Part shown: one piece after another, positions 38,600 to 48,501 of the stretch
Numbering within the stretch: the stretch's first letter is position 1
Layout of the letters: each line of letters opens with the position of its first letter
Source: a virus
DNA: 64,000 bases
Reading direction: 5' to 3' (one strand)
Virus record (IMG/VR): IMGVR_UViG_3300030380_006483
Position numbers and translations under genes: made by a program
The notes under the pieces: generated by a model
The model's database searches: none
Told to the model about the DNA's origin: nothing
The model's input: only the letters and a program-made list of their open reading frames with translations

Positions 38600-39835
38600 A
38601 TGTCAAATACAAAGTTTTTCAACGATGCTATCGCTGAAGCTAAGGCTATTAGAGAAACTGCTCTAGCCAATGCTAAACTTGCATTAGAAGAAGCTTTTAC
38701 TCCACAGATTCAATCTATGTTAGAGAAAAAGCTATCAGAAGAAGCTGATGATATGGATGAAGCTAAAGACATGGACGAGGCGAAAGCTAAGGATATGGAT
38801 GAAGCTAAAGACATGGACGAAGCTAAAAAAGATGTAGATGAAGCAAAAAAGGACATGGACGAAGCAAAATCCAAAGATATGGATGAAGCTAAGGATATGG
38901 ACGAAGCAAAGAAAGACGTTGACGAAGCCAAAAAAGACATGGATGAAGCTAAAAAAGACATGGACGAGAAAAAGGACATGGATGAAGCAAAATCTGATGT
39001 TGATGAGGCTAAGAAAGACGTAGACGAAGCAAAAGTTGACGAGAAAAAGGACATGGAAGAAACCGTAGAAGTATCTGAAGAAGTATCTGAAGAGAAAGAT
39101 ATGGATGAAGACATGTACGAAGAAGGTCAAATCGAAGAAATCGATCTTGACGAATTGCTAGCGGAATTAGAAGCAGCTGAAGAAGGCTATTCTAACGAAG
39201 GTGAAGCAAAAGAAGAAATCGCTGTTGAGGCGCCTGTATCAGAAGAAGAAGTAGCTGAAGAAGCTGCTGCTGATGATGAAGTAGGTGAAATCTCAGTAGA
39301 AGATCTTAAAGACATCATCAAAGACGTAATGGCAGATGTGCTAGGCGGTGGCGGTGGTGAAGACATGGAAGTTGACGTTGATGGAGATGGTGACATAGAT
39401 GTTGCTATTGACGGAGATGACGACGGAGATGTTGAAGTAGAGGATGACATGGCGGAAGCTAAGAAAGATGATAAAATGGATGAAACAAAAGCTGAGTTAA
39501 ATGAAGCTATTAAAGTAATCGAAACTTTAAAATCTGAACTTAACGAAGTTAACTTACTTAACGCTAAACTTCTTTACGTAAATAAATTATTTAGAACAAA
39601 GAACCTTACTGAAACTCAGAAAGTAAAAGTGATTAATTCATTTGATAAAGCTGAATCAGTTAAAGAGGTTAAAAACTTATTTGAAACAATTAAGGATGCA
39701 GTTACTACAACTAAAAAGCCAGTGAACGAATCTAAAGGATTTGCTTCTAAAGCAGCAGGTGTAGCACCAAAAGCCCCAATTGTAGAAAGTGATAACTTTG
39801 TAGCTAGAATGCAAAAGCTAGCAGGAATTATTTAA
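38600..39835 (+). CDS. gp22: Prohead scaffold protein
   Basis: Acidic coiled-coil protein between protease and major capsid protein; assignment is largely positional. Confidence 0.8.
   Translation: MSNTKFFNDAIAEAKAIRETALANAKLALEEAFTPQIQSMLEKKLSEEADDMDEAKDMDEAKAKDMDEAKDMDEAKKDVDEAKKDMDEAKSKDMDEAKDMDEAKKDVDEAKKDMDEAKKDMDEKKDMDEAKSDVDEAKKDVDEAKVDEKKDMEETVEVSEEVSEEKDMDEDMYEEGQIEEIDLDELLAELEAAEEGYSNEGEAKEEIAVEAPVSEEEVAEEAAADDEVGEISVEDLKDIIKDVMADVLGGGGGEDMEVDVDGDGDIDVAIDGDDDGDVEVEDDMAEAKKDDKMDETKAELNEAIKVIETLKSELNEVNLLNAKLLYVNKLFRTKNLTETQKVKVINSFDKAESVKEVKNLFETIKDAVTTTKKPVNESKGFASKAAGVAPKAPIVESDNFVARMQKLAGII
38747..39061 (+). repeat. Tandem (K)D(M/V)DEAK repeat, about 15 units, in the scaffold
   Basis: Direct translation; 18-24 nt units with synonymous variation and one higher-order 4-unit duplication. 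Confidence 0.9.
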
Positions 39836-39862
39836 TAACCCTAATTTTAAAATAAAATTAAA

Positions 39863-41515
39863 ATGTCAAACGTAGTAAATCAACTATTAGAAACTGCAAA
39901 CCCGTACAAATCAGTACAAAAAGATGCTGCTAAATTAGCGGGTAAGTGGGAAAAATCAGGTTTATTAGAAGGTATTTCTAATGAAACTGATAAGTCTAAC
40001 ATGTCGATCATGTTAGAAAACCAAGCTAAACAACTTGTTGTTGAAGCTAACACTACTGGGACAGGTGCAACATTTACTCCAGGTACAGGTGAACAATACG
40101 CTGCTGTAGCGTTACCACTTGTAAGAAAGGTATTTGGACAAATCGCTGCTAAAGAATTCGTTTCTGTACAGCCAATGTCTTTACCTGCTGGTTTAGTATT
40201 TTACCTAGACTTCCAGTACGGAAATTCAAAAACTCCATTCACTGATGGGGATTCAACGTATGGTGATAGCTATGCGGATGGTCACTTTGGTAATACAAAC
40301 GAAGGTGGTCTTTACGGTGCTGGTAAATTCGGATATTCAATTAACCTATTTTCAGCTTCTGTTGCTGACGCTAACCACACTATATCTTCAGCTTCTTATG
40401 CTGATGTAAACTTTGATGCTGATTTATCAGCTTCAGTAGCTGCCGCTCCAGGTAGAATTACTAAAATTTCTGTTAAAACAGGATCTTTATCAGGTGCTGA
40501 TGTAGACGGAGTAAGAGGATGGAGAGTAACTGGTGCTAACGGAGCACTAGCTGCGATCACAGAGGCTTTAAACTTCCCAGCATTAACTAAGATAAACGGA
40601 GATAGTGTTGAATTCTTTGTAACATCATCAGGTGTTGAAAGTGATGAAGACATTACTGTTTTCTATAACAAGCAAACTGCAGATAACGCAAGAGGTGACT
40701 TCGAAGATGGTGCTGATTACTCTTCTCAGACTGGTACTGGTAGAGCAATTAACATCCCAGAAATTGATGTTCAATTAAGAAGTGAAACTATTGCTGCTAA
40801 AACAAGAAAGTTAAAAGCACAATGGACACCAGAATTCTCTCAGGACTTGAATGCATTCCATTCATTAGATGCTGAAGCAGAATTAACTAACATTTTAAGT
40901 GAGTACATTTCATTAGAAATCGATCTTGAAATTTTAGATATGTTAATTGAAAACGTACCTTCAACTCAGGTGGCTAACTGGTCAGCTAAAGTAGGTAATG
41001 AAATTAACGCAGGTGCCACAGCTTTCACATCTAACACAGATGGTGTATACTATACACAAATGAGCTGGTTCCAAACTCTTGGAATTAAATTACAGAAAAT
41101 CTCTAACTTAATCCACCAGAAAACTTTAAGAGGTGGTGCTAACTTTATGGTTGTTTCTCCAACAGTAGCTACAATATTAGAATCTATTCCAGGATTCGCT
41201 GCTGATACTGACGGGGATGCTGCTAAAATGCAATATGCATTTGGTGTACAGAAAATTGGTGCATTAAACAGCAGATATAAAGTTTACAAGAACCCATACA
41301 TGAAAGAAAACACGATCTTGATGGGATTCAGAGGTAATCAATTCCTAGAAAGTGGTGCTGTATATGCTCCATATATTCCATTAATCATGACACCATTAGT
41401 GTATGATCCTAATACTTTCACTCCAAGAAAAGGTATTATGACTAGATACGCTAAGAAAATGGTAAGACCTGAATTCTATGGAAAAGTACATGTTGCAGAC
41501 TTAAACATAATTTAA
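39863..41515 (+). CDS. gp23: Major capsid protein
   Basis: VQPMSLPAGLVFYLDF, KTRKLKAQWTPEFSQDL, YAPYIPL, PRKGIMTRY; probable maturation site LVVE61-A62. Confidence 0.95.
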   Translation: MSNVVNQLLETANPYKSVQKDAAKLAGKWEKSGLLEGISNETDKSNMSIMLENQAKQLVVEANTTGTGATFTPGTGEQYAAVALPLVRKVFGQIAAKEFVSVQPMSLPAGLVFYLDFQYGNSKTPFTDGDSTYGDSYADGHFGNTNEGGLYGAGKFGYSINLFSASVADANHTISSASYADVNFDADLSASVAAAPGRITKISVKTGSLSGADVDGVRGWRVTGANGALAAITEALNFPALTKINGDSVEFFVTSSGVESDEDITVFYNKQTADNARGDFEDGADYSSQTGTGRAINIPEIDVQLRSETIAAKTRKLKAQWTPEFSQDLNAFHSLDAEAELTNILSEYISLEIDLEILDMLIENVPSTQVANWSAKVGNEINAGATAFTSNTDGVYYTQMSWFQTLGIKLQKISNLIHQKTLRGGANFMVVSPTVATILESIPGFAADTDGDAAKMQYAFGVQKIGALNSRYKVYKNPYMKENTILMGFRGNQFLESGAVYAPYIPLIMTPLVYDPNTFTPRKGIMTRYAKKMVRPEFYGKVHVADLNII

Positions 41516-41538
41516 GAATAGCAAATATACTTTAAATT

Positions 41539-41568
41539 AAATCCCGCCCATAAGGCGGGATTTTTTTT
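41539..41568 (+). terminator. Rho-independent terminator after the major capsid gene
   Basis: AAATCCCGCC-CATAA-GGCGGGATTT followed by a T run. Confidence 0.9.
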
Positions 41569-41590
41569 AATATTTATAACAAAATATACT

Positions 41591-42742
41591 ATGTCTCAAG
41601 TACCTATAATTTGGCCTGGAACTTCAACATTCTCTCAGAGCCAAACACCTTTTGGTTTTTATGATACAGATACTGATTTTTCAACAGATGCTGATAAAGT
41701 AGCAAGCTTTTGTGCATCTCGTTTAGGATACCCTACAGTAGATGTTGAATTAGGTAGTGGTTCATTCTATGCTTGTTTTGAAGAAGCAGTTACTACATAT
41801 GGTAATGAACTTTACTTATATCAAATAAGGAATAATTTTATAAATTTAGAAGCATCTAGTACGGGATCTTCTCATAATCAAGATGTAATTAATCCTAATC
41901 TAGGAAATGTTATTAGATTAGCAGAAAATTACGGATCTGAAGCGGGATCAGGAGGTACAGTAACTTGGTATTCAGGATCGATTCCACTTACGGCATCTAT
42001 ACAAGAATATGATTTAAATGATTGGAAACAAACACAAGGCATTACAGGTTCAATTGAAATAAAACAGGTATTTTTCCAAAACACCCCAGCAATTGTAAGA
42101 TATTTTGATCCATATGCTGGTACGGGATATGGTTCTCAACAATTATTAGATGTATTTGGATTTGGAAATTATTCTCCTGCAATTAATTTTTTATTAATGC
42201 CTATTTACTATGATGTTTCTGTAATTCAAGCAATTGAATTAAATGATCAAATTAGAAAATCCGCATTTACATTTGAACTTGTAAATAATAATTTAAGAGT
42301 ATTTCCTATACCAAATGCTGAAGGACAATTATTTATTCAATACATTAAAGTAGATGAAAGAAATGCACCTACTACTGCTGCATATTCGGGAAGTAATTTA
42401 GTAACAGATATATCAAATGTCCCATATGAAAATCCTACTTATGCTTATGTTAATGCACCTGGTAGATATTGGATTTTTGAATATACATTAGCTTTAGCTA
42501 AAGAATTACTAGGATATGTAAGAGGAAAATATCAACAGGTACCTATACCTGGTGCTGAAGTTTCATTAAATCAAGCAGATTTAATATCAGCTGCTAGTGC
42601 TGAAAAAGCTGCTTTAATTGAAAAATTAAGAACGGACCTAGATGAAAACTCTAGAAAAATGCAACTACAAAGAAAAGCGGAAGAAGCCGAAGCAATGAAA
42701 GGTACATTGGATCAAGTACCATTACCTATTTACATAGCATAA
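41591..42742 (+). CDS. gp13: Neck protein (gp13-like)
   Basis: LGYPTVDVEL N-terminal motif; LGYVRGKY...IPGAEVSLN...PLPIYIA C-terminus; position after the MCP. Confidence 0.75.
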   Translation: MSQVPIIWPGTSTFSQSQTPFGFYDTDTDFSTDADKVASFCASRLGYPTVDVELGSGSFYACFEEAVTTYGNELYLYQIRNNFINLEASSTGSSHNQDVINPNLGNVIRLAENYGSEAGSGGTVTWYSGSIPLTASIQEYDLNDWKQTQGITGSIEIKQVFFQNTPAIVRYFDPYAGTGYGSQQLLDVFGFGNYSPAINFLLMPIYYDVSVIQAIELNDQIRKSAFTFELVNNNLRVFPIPNAEGQLFIQYIKVDERNAPTTAAYSGSNLVTDISNVPYENPTYAYVNAPGRYWIFEYTLALAKELLGYVRGKYQQVPIPGAEVSLNQADLISAASAEKAALIEKLRTDLDENSRKMQLQRKAEEAEAMKGTLDQVPLPIYIA

Positions 42743-42743
42743 T

Positions 42744-43235
42744 ATGGCATTATACGGAAGAAATAAAGATGTATTACTATTTCAAGGGCTTAATACAGAG
42801 CTCTTACATAGAATTATAGAACAACAAGTTGGTTATTATAAACCTAAATTAGATAATACACCTTCCAACATTTATGGTGAAGCACAAAATAAAACTTGGA
42901 TTGGTCCTGTTTTATTAAAATGTTTATTAGATAGAGGAGAACAAACAGTAGCAAATGATGATTTTGGTGTTGATAGGAACAGAGTACTATCAGCTAGATT
43001 TTTAAGAAAAGATTTACTTGATTCTAATGTAGTTCCCGAAATAGGAGATGTAATATTATGGAATGAAGATTATTATGAAGTTGATAATTTAGTTGAAAAT
43101 CAATTATTTGTAGGTAAAGATCCATCATATCCTTATAGTGATACAGTAGATGATTTTGGAACTAGTTTATCAATAATAGTAGAATGTCACTATACAAGAC
43201 CAGAAAGAATAGGACTTAAAGAACAAAGATTATAA
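42744..43235 (+). CDS. gp14: Neck/head-closure protein (gp14-like)
   Basis: PEIGDVILW...YEVD motif; position. Confidence 0.6.
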   Translation: MALYGRNKDVLLFQGLNTELLHRIIEQQVGYYKPKLDNTPSNIYGEAQNKTWIGPVLLKCLLDRGEQTVANDDFGVDRNRVLSARFLRKDLLDSNVVPEIGDVILWNEDYYEVDNLVENQLFVGKDPSYPYSDTVDDFGTSLSIIVECHYTRPERIGLKEQRL

Positions 43236-44113
43236 TGGATTTTAAACCTAGACCATATACTAAAAGAGAATTTTTATCTAAATTTAACAAACCTTATGTT
43301 AATCCAGATACTAATGAAATTGTTGCTCCCTTAACTGAAACAGTAGCATCTGCTGAAGTGAATCCAGGACAACCCGAAATTAATAGGGCATTAGAGGTAT
43401 CATTAAAAGATGATACTAAACATAAAACTATGTCTATTGGTTTAAAAGATATAGATAGTTCAATTTTGTATTATTTAGAAAATGTAATTAAACCTACAGT
43501 AACCCAAAATGATAGAAGAATTTCTGTACCAATAATTTATGGTTCTCCTGAAAGATGGAAGTCTATGCAAGGAGATGGTTTTTATAGAGATAAAAATGGT
43601 AAAACAATGGTACCTCTTGTAATGTTTAAAAGAGATAGTTTTACTAAAAATAATACTATAGGAAATAAATTAGATGGTAATAAAGTAAATAATGTACAAT
43701 ACTTTGAAACAGGATATTCAAGAAGAAATGTGTATGATAATTTTAATGTTTTAAGAGGACAAAAACCACAAAAAGAATATATAGTAGGAATAATACCAGA
43801 TTATATAGATATAACTTATAGTTTATCTATTTTTACAGATTATGTAGATCAGGCTAATGAAATCACAGAAGCAATAGAATTTGCTGCTAGATCATATTGG
43901 GGGGATCCTGAAAGATTTATGTTTAGAGCAAATATAGATAATTTTGATACCCCTGTTTTATTAGAAAATGGAGTTGATAGGGCAAATAGAATTAATATGA
44001 ATGTTTTAGTTTATGGGTATCTAATACCATCTGGTATAAATGCCGCTATGGCTGGACCTAGTCCAAAATCATATAACGTTACTAAAACTGTATTTAAAGA
44101 AACAATAGCATAA
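43235..44113 (+). CDS. gp15: Tail terminator/sheath stabiliser (gp15-like)
   Basis: VPIIYGSPERW motif, PDYIDITY, YGYL; position. Confidence 0.7.
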   Translation: MDFKPRPYTKREFLSKFNKPYVNPDTNEIVAPLTETVASAEVNPGQPEINRALEVSLKDDTKHKTMSIGLKDIDSSILYYLENVIKPTVTQNDRRISVPIIYGSPERWKSMQGDGFYRDKNGKTMVPLVMFKRDSFTKNNTIGNKLDGNKVNNVQYFETGYSRRNVYDNFNVLRGQKPQKEYIVGIIPDYIDITYSLSIFTDYVDQANEITEAIEFAARSYWGDPERFMFRANIDNFDTPVLLENGVDRANRINMNVLVYGYLIPSGINAAMAGPSPKSYNVTKTVFKETIA

Positions 44114-44144
44114 TATATATTTATTATAGAAATAAAGAAATAAC

Positions 44145-46448
44145 ATGGCAGGAATAAGTACCCAAGGAATTGCTAGTGGAAGTATAATATTTCCAGAACA
44201 TATATTAAGATCAATTGATGCTTTAAATGGTGAAGCAGGACCATTTGATTTTAAACTATCGGGATCTGTAACAGTATCAGGAAGCACAAAAATATCTTCA
44301 GGTAGTGTTATTGAAAATAATAATGCACCTACTGCTTTAATGTATAATACTGCATCGGGTGATATATTTTTTAGTACAGGAAGTTTAGGTGGTGGTGGTG
44401 GATCAGGTACTAGTGGTACTTCAGGTACTTCAGGTACAAGTGGATCATCTGGTTCAAGTGGTACAAGCGGTACAAATGGTAGCTCAGGATCAAGTGGATC
44501 ATCTGGTTCAAGTGGTACAAGCGGTACAAATGGTAGTTCAGGAACTTCAGGTGCAGATGGTAATTTATTTACAACTACATCTTCTACATCTACAGCTATA
44601 GGTACAGGGTCTAAAGGATTTACAGTTGCCGCAGGATTAGCCTTTATAGTAGGACAATCCCTTGTTATAGTAGATGCCTTAAATGCTGCCAATTTTATGA
44701 ATGGTAAAATTACTGCTTATAATAGTGGTACAGGAGCATTAACAGTAAATGTAACATCAGTTACAGGTAGTGGTACTAAATCATCATGGAATATAAGTTT
44801 AGAAGCAGCCCCTGGTACAAATGGTACTAGTGGATCTTCAGGTAGTTCTGGATCAAGTGGATCATCTGGTTCAAGTGGTACAAGTGGGTCTAATGGTACA
44901 GACGGTAGCTCAGGATCAAGTGGTTCAAGTGGTAGTTCAGGAACTTCCGGTGCGGATGGTGATGAATTTACAACAACTTCCTCAACTTCATTAGCAATTG
45001 GAACTGGTGCTAAAACATTAACAGTTGAAGCAGGTTTAGCATATGTAGTAGGTCAATCAGTAGCTATTATTTATGCTTCTGATGCAGATGATAAAATGAT
45101 TGGTAAAATTACTGGTTATAATTCAGGTAATGGAGCCTTATCCGTAACTGTATTATCATCAGCAGGTAGTGGAACCTATTCAAGTTGGAATGTAACTTTA
45201 GAATCAGTCCCGGGTACATCAGGTACTAGTGGTTCTAGTGGATCCTCTGGTACAAGTGGATCTTCAGGTTCCTCAGGTACTAGTGGCTCAAGTGGCTCAA
45301 GTGGAACTAGTGGTACAAATGGTACTTCAGGTTCTTCAGGATCAAGTGGATCATCAGGTACGAGTGGTACAAATGGAACTAGTGGTACAAATGGTACATC
45401 AGGTACAGGAGTAGGATTCCCATTTTCGGGAAGTGCACTACTATCAGGTAGTTTATTAATACATGGAACGGGAGCAGCTTTAAATGTACTTGGTGGAATA
45501 TCTGGATCTTCAATTTCAGGATCATTAACAGGATCATTATTAGGTACAGCTTCAATAGCTAATACAGCTACTACTGCATCTCATATAGTAACAGCTTCAT
45601 TTGCTAATACTACAACAAGTGCTTCTATAGCAACAACTGCGGGTACAGCTTCGGTAGCTGTAAGAGCAACTGCTTTAAGTGCACAAGCTACAGCTTCAAT
45701 AGCAGATAGAGCAACAACAGCATCATTTGCAAGTACGGGTGATGGAACATTTAGTGGATCATTTAGTGGTTCATTCCAAGGAGATGGATCGGACTTAGTA
45801 GGAGCAGGAATTAATACAACCTTTAATAATGAAGTAAGATATTTAGCATCTGATTTAGGAAGTAGTGGTGCGGATGGAAGTGTTGAATTATTATCATCAG
45901 CAACTATGTTTGGTGGATTAACCTGGACAAGAAGTAGTACTACTTTATCAATTAGTAGTTCTGCTCATGGACTATCTAATGGTGATTATGTAGTTATTCA
46001 AAATATGAACCAAAATTACTTATATGCTTCAGCTTCTGCAGTTGGGACAAATACATTCCAAATTACGGGAGTAGCAAATTCAGGAGGTACATCAGGGAAA
46101 AAAGGTGCCTATATACCTGCATTTAAAGTATCATCTTTTACACAAGCAGGTGCAACCATATCATCACCAAGTGCAGGTAATGTTCAATTAATTTCAGCAA
46201 AAGTTACCACGCCAACTAAAACAACAACAACATTTGATTTTACAATGCCGACCTCTAGAGAAAATGGAGCTGGTGCAAATGGATCTTTATATTCACAAAA
46301 CCCACCAATAATACAAGCTTGGGCTTTAAGTAATGGAAACCAAAACACCTCAGCAGTAATAACACTTAACACAAGTTCAAACTTTAATATATTCCAAGTA
46401 GGAGGATTAAGTGCTTTAATAAAATCAATGATTAAAGTAACATTCTAA
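44145..46448 (+). CDS. Fibre protein with three proline-free collagen-like (Gly-Ser/Thr-Ser/Asn)n blocks and two duplicated beta domains
   Basis: G-X-Y blocks of about 17, 16 and 21 triplets; duplicated FTTTSSTS.AIGTG...SSWN..LE domain. Confidence 0.75.
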   Translation: MAGISTQGIASGSIIFPEHILRSIDALNGEAGPFDFKLSGSVTVSGSTKISSGSVIENNNAPTALMYNTASGDIFFSTGSLGGGGGSGTSGTSGTSGTSGSSGSSGTSGTNGSSGSSGSSGSSGTSGTNGSSGTSGADGNLFTTTSSTSTAIGTGSKGFTVAAGLAFIVGQSLVIVDALNAANFMNGKITAYNSGTGALTVNVTSVTGSGTKSSWNISLEAAPGTNGTSGSSGSSGSSGSSGSSGTSGSNGTDGSSGSSGSSGSSGTSGADGDEFTTTSSTSLAIGTGAKTLTVEAGLAYVVGQSVAIIYASDADDKMIGKITGYNSGNGALSVTVLSSAGSGTYSSWNVTLESVPGTSGTSGSSGSSGTSGSSGSSGTSGSSGSSGTSGTNGTSGSSGSSGSSGTSGTNGTSGTNGTSGTGVGFPFSGSALLSGSLLIHGTGAALNVLGGISGSSISGSLTGSLLGTASIANTATTASHIVTASFANTTTSASIATTAGTASVAVRATALSAQATASIADRATTASFASTGDGTFSGSFSGSFQGDGSDLVGAGINTTFNNEVRYLASDLGSSGADGSVELLSSATMFGGLTWTRSSTTLSISSSAHGLSNGDYVVIQNMNQNYLYASASAVGTNTFQITGVANSGGTSGKKGAYIPAFKVSSFTQAGATISSPSAGNVQLISAKVTTPTKTTTTFDFTMPTSRENGAGANGSLYSQNPPIIQAWALSNGNQNTSAVITLNTSSNFNIFQVGGLSALIKSMIKVTF

Positions 46449-46457
46449 TAGCTTGTT

Positions 46458-48470
46458 ATGGCATATAGAGATCAAAGATTTATAGGTGTTATTAATGCCG
46501 ATAGTATTGTTGATAGTAACTTTATTATCGGAACTGGTAATTTTGCAGATGGATCCACCTTAATTGCTGATGTTAATATATCTTCAGGAGATGAAGATTT
46601 AATTAGACCTGGTCAAATTGTATTTTCAGTAGCAGGTGCATTGCCTGCAAATACAAAAGTATCATCTGTTAATGCCGATCGTACACAAATTACTTTAGAT
46701 AAAGCCGCTACATCTACCGCGGCGGGTGATACATTTGGTTTATCAACTCCTTCAGGATCTTACTTTTTTCAATCTGCTAGTTTTAATGATCCAAATAATA
46801 ATTTAACTGTAAATAATATTAGTGGTAGTGATTCGGGATCTAGTTTTGCTATAGTAGGTGTAGCAAAAAAGAGTAATGCTACCATAAAAAATAGATTCCA
46901 TCTTTATACAGTATCTGAAGTAGTTCAAAGAAACATAGGATCTGCTGAAATTTCATTTTTTGTAGAATGGGGAGAACAAGGTGAAGAATCGGGTTCAGGT
47001 GATGAATTACAAACTGCAGAAAAAGAAGTTGCAATTATAGATTTAACTGATACTGGTTCTATAGCTCCGGGATTCTCATTAGGGGTTGCTGGAATGGAAA
47101 GTTTAAAGGCCGGTTCCGAATATGCTGGTTATAATATAGCAATTAATCAATACTTATCTGACTTATCAAGTTCAGTAGCTTCATCATTAACTGGATCATT
47201 ATCAGGATCAGTTACCGGTTCTTTAATTGGAACTGCTACATCTGCATCAACAGCAGTATTAGCCCAAACTGCTTCAGTTGCTACTAGGGCAAATACTTTA
47301 GCTCCAACTGCAACAGCTTCACGAGCAGATAGTGCAACCACAGCATCATTCCCTGAACGAGGAGTAATAGGTGGTAGTGCTACTCAAAATATTATTACCC
47401 TTAATAGAGGAGATGGTACTACTATAACTTTAGAAACATCAGTTTCTGGTTCTGTAGAATCTGCCTCAATTGCAACTGTAGCTAGTACTGTTAGAAATGG
47501 AGGTAGTGGTTCATTTAGTGGTTCATTCCAAGGAGATGGTTCAAGTTTAACAGGATTAGTTACTGCCTCACATGCTTTAACCGCTGTATCTGCTTCATTT
47601 GCTACTTCAGCATCAGTAGAGATAATAAAAGAATTAAGTTCATCATTTGCTGATACAGCTTCTGTAGCACAAAGTGGTACAGGATCATTTAGTGGCTCAT
47701 TTACAGGTTCAGGTGACTTTGATGATGTTAGAGTTAAACAATACATTTATCATAAAGGTGATGAAAATACATTTATAAACTTTACTGATAATAGGATTAG
47801 ATTTAATGCTGGTGGTATTAACTTTATGAGTTTGGAAGATGATGGTAGTGCTCCTTTTCCTTTTGTAATTAATAATGGTGGTAATAGAATTAACTTTAGG
47901 GTCATGGATAGAAATTCAGACCTTCTTTTAAAAACTGATTCTGAAGCACTTAATGTTGGATTATATTATGCAGGTGGTAAAAAATTCGAAACAATATCAA
48001 AGGGTGTTAATGTAACAGGTAGTATCGATGTATCAGGTAGTATAGATGTAACAGGTAGTGTCTCCGCATCTGAAGATATAGTTGTTTCAGGAAATGTATT
48101 TGTAGATGGAACTTTAGATGCTGCAACTAAAAACTTTAGAATTGATCATCCAACCATGGAAGGTTATTATTTAATTCACTCATCATTAGAAGGACCAGAA
48201 AGAGGAATATATTATAGAGGTAAATTAAAAACAAATAATATTATATACTTACCGGATTATTGGAATGAATTAACAGATGAAACAGATATTACAGTTCAAC
48301 TTACACCTATAGGAAATGCCTGTCAACATTTTGTTAAATCTGTAACTAAAAAAGAAATTGAAGTAGGTTGTGATTGTGGAAAACCACATTGCTATTATAT
48401 AGTTCATGCTCAAAGATTTAATGAAGGTAGATTAGATATTTTAAAACCAAAAATTTCAAAAAGGTTGTAA
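46458..48470 (+). CDS. Tail fibre/spike-like protein with C-terminal chaperone-like domain
   Basis: TAS/SAS repeats, SGSFSGSFQGDGS motif, C-terminal KNFRIDHP...HSSLEGPE...VQLTPIG. Confidence 0.65.
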   Translation: MAYRDQRFIGVINADSIVDSNFIIGTGNFADGSTLIADVNISSGDEDLIRPGQIVFSVAGALPANTKVSSVNADRTQITLDKAATSTAAGDTFGLSTPSGSYFFQSASFNDPNNNLTVNNISGSDSGSSFAIVGVAKKSNATIKNRFHLYTVSEVVQRNIGSAEISFFVEWGEQGEESGSGDELQTAEKEVAIIDLTDTGSIAPGFSLGVAGMESLKAGSEYAGYNIAINQYLSDLSSSVASSLTGSLSGSVTGSLIGTATSASTAVLAQTASVATRANTLAPTATASRADSATTASFPERGVIGGSATQNIITLNRGDGTTITLETSVSGSVESASIATVASTVRNGGSGSFSGSFQGDGSSLTGLVTASHALTAVSASFATSASVEIIKELSSSFADTASVAQSGTGSFSGSFTGSGDFDDVRVKQYIYHKGDENTFINFTDNRIRFNAGGINFMSLEDDGSAPFPFVINNGGNRINFRVMDRNSDLLLKTDSEALNVGLYYAGGKKFETISKGVNVTGSIDVSGSIDVTGSVSASEDIVVSGNVFVDGTLDAATKNFRIDHPTMEGYYLIHSSLEGPERGIYYRGKLKTNNIIYLPDYWNELTDETDITVQLTPIGNACQHFVKSVTKKEIEVGCDCGKPHCYYIVHAQRFNEGRLDILKPKISKRL

Positions 48471-48495
48471 ATTTAAATAAAGGTTATTATATTAT
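48464..48495 (+). promoter_or_regulatory. Possible host-type promoter for the glycosyltransferase
   Basis: GTTG (48464-67), N20, TATATTAT (48488-95); the late motif is absent here. Confidence 0.35.
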
Positions 48496-48501
48496 ACGGT
48501 T

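Noticed and set aside
38747-39061. Tandem repeats as a possible CRISPR array
   Set aside because: In-frame coding repeats with synonymous variation, no unique spacers, no cas genes.
38710-39450. Several minus-strand and alternate-frame ORFs over the scaffold (38710..39114, 38735..39130, 38838..39023, 39187..39450)
   Set aside because: Shadows of the low-complexity DMDEAK and acidic repeats; no start context or promoter motif; products are Ser/Phe-rich nonsense.
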